Shown in pieces: positions 55,298-59,466 of a stretch of 59,466 nt of DNA. Source of the stretch: a virus. Its lineage: Duplodnaviria > Caudoviricetes. Numbering within the stretch: position 1 is the stretch's first letter; every line of letters begins with the position of its first letter. The position numbers and the translations under genes are program-made. Location of the stretch: the IMG/VR virus record IMGVR_UViG_3300034065_000059, positions 1 to 59,466 of that record, one strand, 5' to 3'. The notes below the pieces were generated by a model. The model was not told where the DNA came from. It did not search any database and was given only the letters and a program-made list of their open reading frames with translations.

Positions 55298-55560
55298 GGT
55301 TCACTCCTGCCGTCGCCGGAGCCGTAGCCGGAGCCGTCGCCGGAGCCGGAGCCGTAGCCGTAGCCGGAGCTGTCGCCGTAGCCGTAGCCGGAGCCGTCGC
55401 CGGAGCCGTAGCCGGAGCCGTCGCCGGAGCCGGAGCCGGAGCCGTCGCCGGAGCCGGAGCCGGAGCCGTAGCCGTAGCCGTAGCCGTCGCCGTAGCCGTC
55501 GCCGTCGCCGTAGCCGTCGCCGTAGCACCATTCAGGCAGAACGCCTTTACTCACGACCAT
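55294..55560 (-). CDS. Gly-Tyr/Gly-Asp repeat protein, copy 2
   Basis: MVVSKGVLPEWC followed by (GDG/GYG/GSG)n. Confidence 0.7.
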   Translation of the reverse strand: MVVSKGVLPEWCYGDGYGDGDGYGDGYGYGYGSGSGSGDGSGSGSGDGSGYGSGDGSGYGYGDSSGYGYGSGSGDGSGYGSGDGRSEP

Positions 55561-55865
55561 GGCGCACTTTCCCACGCCTTAGATGCTTCATCGGTAACCT
55601 CAATGACAGCTGTTACGTTTCGGCATTCAACGTCAGCACGCGGACCAATCCGGCATTTAGCGGTAGGCCCCGTCGATGCTAGACCCATGAAGCCTTTGAG
55701 GTCAGCGGACCAGTAGACGCATAGGCGTGCATCTTTCAACTTGATCGTGTCGCCATCTGTGTTCGTGGCATAGCCGAAAAACACACCGCGATGTGCGGTT
55801 GTAATGATGACTGGGCGCAATGCCTTCGTCGTCTTTTTCTTTGTCGTCTTTGCTTTCTTTTTCAT
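55551..55865 (-). CDS. Conserved phage protein (DUF6948-like)
   Basis: VIITTAHRGVFFG..LKDARLCVYWS..GLASTGP; GGAGGGAG SD. Confidence 0.75.
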   Translation of the reverse strand: MKKKAKTTKKKTTKALRPVIITTAHRGVFFGYATNTDGDTIKLKDARLCVYWSADLKGFMGLASTGPTAKCRIGPRADVECRNVTAVIEVTDEASKAWESAPWS

Positions 55866-55934
55866 CCCTGCTCCCTCCCAAAACGCCGGTTCATCATTTG
55901 CCTATCTTTTCCTTTAGCTCCGCAAGTTCTTTCT

Positions 55935-55962
55935 CAATCGTCCTAAGCTTGCAAAACGCCTG
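55935..55962. repeat. 28-bp perfect inverted repeat, left copy
   Basis: CAATCGTCCTAAGCTTGCAAAACGCCTG is the reverse complement of 56532..56559. Confidence 0.95.
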
Positions 55963-56059
55963 GTTCACATCCTTCGCCAGCCGCAACGCCAAACCGCCGA
56001 CATACATCACGACGGCGGCGATAACCGATGAAACGGCTTCGTGCAACAAAGTTTCATAC

Positions 56060-56200
56060 GCCTCGCCGTTGGGTTGTGGAGCGTTGTCATGCTTGGTTCA
56101 ACAATTACCGGGGTCTCCGGATACGCTACGAACGGAAGGTGCAGAACCATCAAGGCATACTGGATTTTGCATGCTGCCTGATGTGGTATCGCCGGATTGA
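56060..56200 (+). mobile_element. IS5-family transposase C-terminal remnant
   Basis: RRWVVERCHAWFNNYRGLRIRYERK..H.G.L..AC. Confidence 0.8.
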
Positions 56201-56496
56201 GAACGCGACTCGCTAAGGTCGCCACCAAGTCCCAACGCCTGCTCAATCCGAGCCAATCTTTGTTCGACAGTCAAAATCCACGGCCGCCCATGCCGCTCCT
56301 TTTTCTCGCTGCCAACTCCGATTTCGATCCAACGGTTAACCCGTTGAATCGTATCGTCCATATTGTATCCGACGCCTCGCTCGATGCGAGACAATCCCGA
56401 GAACGAAATCCCAACAATCCGCGCCAGCTCGCGAAGCGACAGACCCTCTTGAATCCGCTTCGCTTTGAGCTTCTTGCCTAGGTTGGGTTTACTCAT
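56098..56496 (-). CDS. XRE-family HTH regulator (3' end runs antisense into the IS remnant)
   Basis: LKAKRIQEGLSLRELARIVGISFSGLSRIERG. Confidence 0.8.
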   Translation of the reverse strand: MSKPNLGKKLKAKRIQEGLSLRELARIVGISFSGLSRIERGVGYNMDDTIQRVNRWIEIGVGSEKKERHGRPWILTVEQRLARIEQALGLGGDLSESRSQSGDTTSGSMQNPVCLDGSAPSVRSVSGDPGNC

Positions 56497-56531
56497 TCAA
56501 AATTACCCCGCGACAGTTTCTAGTTTTGGGA

Positions 56532-56559
56532 CAGGCGTTTTGCAAGCTTAGGACGATTG
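56532..56559. repeat. 28-bp perfect inverted repeat, right copy
   Basis: CAGGCGTTTTGCAAGCTTAGGACGATTG. Confidence 0.95.
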
Positions 56560-56615
56560 CAATATCAGCCTTGACCGCTGAATCTTTGGTGTAGGGTGTT
56601 TCCATGCCCAACCTG

Positions 56616-56667
56616 AAAAATGGGAAAAGAATGCCCCGGCTGACAGCTATGACCCTGCACCGGGGCA
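56616..56667 (-). terminator. Possible terminator downstream of the SSB gene
   Basis: TGCCCCGG..CCGGGGCA stem followed by a T-rich tract on the minus strand. Confidence 0.5.
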
Positions 56668-56727
56668 CTTTGAGAAAATCACCGAAGGCTAAGAATTGGC
56701 AAGCACTTAGCTACGGTAATGAAACTC

Positions 56728-57360
56728 TCAGCTAAACGGGTCGTCTTCGGCTGGCGCGTCGGCGTCAACGTCCACGCCGTCAACGTCTTCAACCGCGTCA
56801 AAATCATCGACGGCAGCTTTTTTGCCCGCAAAAGATTTTCCGTCGCGAAGTTTTTGAATGTTGTTAAGCCCAAAAGCCACACCTTTATTGCCACTTACAT
56901 CGTAGCAATAGGCATTGATGGTGGCGTGGGCATAGCAACCCGAATAAAAGGTGCCGTCAGTTTCGGCGATGGGCGACAACTTGCCGTCCACCAAGTCGGG
57001 ACGCTCTTTACTCGTAGCGTTGACAAAATAATGGCCGGCATAACCGTCAAGCGGCTCTTCACGGTCACCGGTCGGCACGTCGCCGTCCCGAAACGGAAGC
57101 TTGAGGTTTTTAGGCCACTTGGTCTTGTCTTCGCCGTACTTGGCTTTCACCGCTTCGGCCGCCGCAATTTTTAGCGCTTTAATGTCGGTGGACTTCGGGA
57201 AAAGCATTACCACGCTATACTTGGGCTCTTGCCCTTCATAGGCGCTTGGCTTGAAGACGTGGGCGAAACTCACCCGAAACTCGGGCGTGGTCACCCGCGT
57301 TTTGGCGTATTTGTCCGCTGCCGCCGGTTTGCCCTTACCTGCTACCTGTGCTTGTGCCAT
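56728..57360 (-). CDS. ssDNA-binding protein (DUF2815-like)
   Basis: RVSFAHVF, LPFRDGD, FYSGCY, GNKGVAFGLNNIQKLRDG, acidic tail ending DDPFS. Confidence 0.9.
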   Translation of the reverse strand: MAQAQVAGKGKPAAADKYAKTRVTTPEFRVSFAHVFKPSAYEGQEPKYSVVMLFPKSTDIKALKIAAAEAVKAKYGEDKTKWPKNLKLPFRDGDVPTGDREEPLDGYAGHYFVNATSKERPDLVDGKLSPIAETDGTFYSGCYAHATINAYCYDVSGNKGVAFGLNNIQKLRDGKSFAGKKAAVDDFDAVEDVDGVDVDADAPAEDDPFS

Positions 57361-57384
57361 GACTCGTGACTCCGTGAAAAGTGT

Positions 57385-58812
57385 TTAACGTGACTTCCGC
57401 TTTGCCTTTTTGACGGGCTTAGCTTTCTTTTTAGTAGCTTTTTTCTTTAACTTTATATTTTTTGTAGCGGCTTTTGGCAAGGGCTTTTTGATAGCTTTCT
57501 TGGCTACCTTTTTCTTTGGCACCGCATTAGGCGCTGCTTTTTTCTTACGCTTGCGCTTGAGCACGGCCAAGCCTTGCGGCTCGTCAGTTTCGAAAGCCGC
57601 TGCCACGTCATCGGCCGGGCTGTCGTCATTGACTGTCGCCACGCCGTCCGAAGCCACGGTGTCTGGTAGGCTGGCAAAATCGACATTAATTTGATTGATG
57701 GCTTGGCGTTTATCCGTTGTTTCCACGATGGTGACTCCCGATGACTCGTTAGTGGTGTACGCGGCTAATAATTCTTTTTTGTATTTGAATTTCTTTTCAA
57801 ATTGCGCCGGTGAAAGCAGCTTTTTCTCATATATTTCGGCGTCGCTGAAACTTTTTTCTAGGATGGCTTCAGTGCCTGGCAACCATTTACGCGTTGACCG
57901 CTTTTGCACGAGCTTAAACCCGTCCACTTCGCCGCCGCGCTCCATAACCATAAGGGCGTGCTCCCGTACCGCTTCAATCCAAACCTCAAGCCGCTTACAT
58001 GCGTCTAAAACGCGCCCGAGATTTGGCAGTGTAAAATTTTGAGGAACAGGTAACCCCGCAATTTGACCAATACTCGGATTGAAATCTATTTGAGCTTGCA
58101 CCATGGCGCGGTCACTTATTGCCGGACAGATAGTTTTAGCTGGGCACCACCGGCAGTGGTCACCAGCAACATAATCTGAAAAAGGGTCTTCACATGCGGC
58201 TATGCCTTTACGAAAAACATCCTCCCACGCCCTAAGCTCGTCAATTGAGGCTATCCATTCTTTTACTGGCGCTGACTCGTCGCGGGCGCGTGGTTGGATA
58301 ATGACCATGGCAACGTCAAGAAAATTATGCTCGTACTTATGTGAAAGTCCTAACGCATAATAGGCCAGTTGCGAGTTATTGATTGGATCAACTGTGTGAC
58401 CAATTCCGTGCTTATAGTCAATGACCGTTAACCGTCCAAATTCATCTACTATTGCCGCATCGACGGTGCCCCACATATTGGGTGATATGAAAGACAAGTC
58501 AACTTTTGTTTCGCTCAATATCGGGAGATTGCTGGCCCTATTCCATACCTCAATTGCTGCATCATGCGTATGCTCTACCATATCTTGCGGGTAGCTGCCA
58601 AAAAGCATGTCTTTAGTTTTCTTGGCAGCGGTTTTACCATTCTTAAGGAATGCCTCAAAACATTCGTGCGCCCGTGTGCCTTCCAAAGCATAAGGACTTT
58701 CCCGTTGAGGCGGGGCTTTTTCAGAAAGAGTAATTGACGCTGGACAGCTAAGCCAACGTGAAGACCCTGATGCGGAGTATACCGCGTGCGCTTTTTCTTC
58801 ATTAGGCTTCAC
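57385..58812 (-). CDS. DUF2800 / Cas4-like PD-(D/E)xK exonuclease with Lys-rich tail
   Basis: HAVYSASGSSRWLSCP, EGTRAHE, GTVDA..IDYKHG, QL..YALG, GDHCRWCPAK..CP. Confidence 0.9.
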   Translation of the reverse strand: MKPNEEKAHAVYSASGSSRWLSCPASITLSEKAPPQRESPYALEGTRAHECFEAFLKNGKTAAKKTKDMLFGSYPQDMVEHTHDAAIEVWNRASNLPILSETKVDLSFISPNMWGTVDAAIVDEFGRLTVIDYKHGIGHTVDPINNSQLAYYALGLSHKYEHNFLDVAMVIIQPRARDESAPVKEWIASIDELRAWEDVFRKGIAACEDPFSDYVAGDHCRWCPAKTICPAISDRAMVQAQIDFNPSIGQIAGLPVPQNFTLPNLGRVLDACKRLEVWIEAVREHALMVMERGGEVDGFKLVQKRSTRKWLPGTEAILEKSFSDAEIYEKKLLSPAQFEKKFKYKKELLAAYTTNESSGVTIVETTDKRQAINQINVDFASLPDTVASDGVATVNDDSPADDVAAAFETDEPQGLAVLKRKRKKKAAPNAVPKKKVAKKAIKKPLPKAATKNIKLKKKATKKKAKPVKKAKRKSR

Positions 58813-58892
58813 TGTGCCACCCCCTTTATATTTGCGTGTCCGGCCGCCCTTTGTTACAGTCATAGGATGCATCCATTTTTGAGTTGAGCTTG

Positions 58893-58926
58893 AAACCCTG
58901 ACCAGCGATGGCCAGGGTTTTCTTTT
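58893..58926. terminator. Terminator-like hairpin
   Basis: AAACCCTGACCA-GCGA-TGGCCAGGGTTTTCTTTT. Confidence 0.65.
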
Positions 58927-59364
58927 TCAGCCGCCGAAAGCTTTGAGGCAGGCAGCAAGCTGGTCGCTCGGCACATCGTTAATGCTTTTCTTGCCGGCGG
59001 GCAAAAAGCGGCCAAGAATTTTCAACATTTTTTCGCGGCCGTTTTTGGTGTCGTATTTCTTAGCGGCGGCCATCACCATTTGAGTGGTGACTTCCGGCTC
59101 GGCGGCGTCTTCGGCTTCCGGCTCGCCGAATGGGTCCGCTTCCTCTTCGGTTTCGACTTCCACTTCCACGGGCGCGGCTACTTTAGCCGGGCGCCCGCGC
59201 TTTTTCGCGGGGACCGGGGCGCCGTCGTCAAGCGTCTCACGGGCAGCCGGCGCTTCCGCGCCATCGGCGTCGGAAAGTTTATCTAGCCGGTCGGCGTAGG
59301 CGCGCAACTGGACAGCGGCAATGCGAAAAGACAAATTCGGGTCTAGGATGATGCCAATAGTCAT
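58927..59364 (-). CDS. Acidic replication-module protein with AT-hook-like motif
   Basis: KKRGRPAK, acidic linker, helical C-terminal domain; typical position upstream of DUF2800. Confidence 0.7.
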   Translation of the reverse strand: MTIGIILDPNLSFRIAAVQLRAYADRLDKLSDADGAEAPAARETLDDGAPVPAKKRGRPAKVAAPVEVEVETEEEADPFGEPEAEDAAEPEVTTQMVMAAAKKYDTKNGREKMLKILGRFLPAGKKSINDVPSDQLAACLKAFGG

Positions 59365-59466
59365 GTTCAAAAACTCCCTGAAGTTAGCCGGCGGTGTTGC
59401 TGGCGTTGTTTATTTAAATCCTTTGGCTTCGCACCAAAGCTCAAGCGGCTCGGTAGAATGGTCATA
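59337..59466. repeat. Right copy of terminal direct repeat
   Basis: Matches 1..129 with two indels. Confidence 0.95.

Noticed and set aside
1-59466. Alternative genetic code or tRNA genes
   Set aside because: Long genes are intact under the standard code with all three stops used; no cloverleaf noticed by eye (tRNAscan-SE not run)

Overview
The window looks like an essentially complete, circularly permuted ~59.3 kb tailed-phage genome (myovirus type). Its two ends overlap in an imperfect ~130-bp direct repeat. The minus strand (48.3-59.4 kb continuing into 0-4 kb) carries early and replication genes: Cas4-like DUF2800 nuclease, DUF2815 SSB, family A DNA polymerase, SNF2-like helicase, GT2-TPR glycosyltransferase and many small ORFs. 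The plus strand (4.1-48.2 kb) carries a Cro-like HTH, Prim-Pol/VapE primase-helicase, a putative origin, RuvC-like resolvase, terminase, portal, MuF, head protease, capsid, neck, contractile tail, baseplate, fibres and a GH108 endolysin. I could not identify an integrase, tRNA, CRISPR array or reverse transcriptase. The most unusual points are: (1) several fibre-like or structural-module proteins begin with apparent Sec or lipoprotein signal peptides; (2) a perfect sigma-28 (FliA) promoter consensus and a related copy sit upstream of accessory genes; (3) the TerL mini-intein hides an HNH motif in its +1 frame; (4) the head-protease polyprotein carries Nudix and SAM-methyltransferase domains delimited by recurring [VI]xK motifs; (5) an antisense HNH gene lies between two versions of the portal N-terminus. 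All family assignments are by-eye motif recognition, not database searches.
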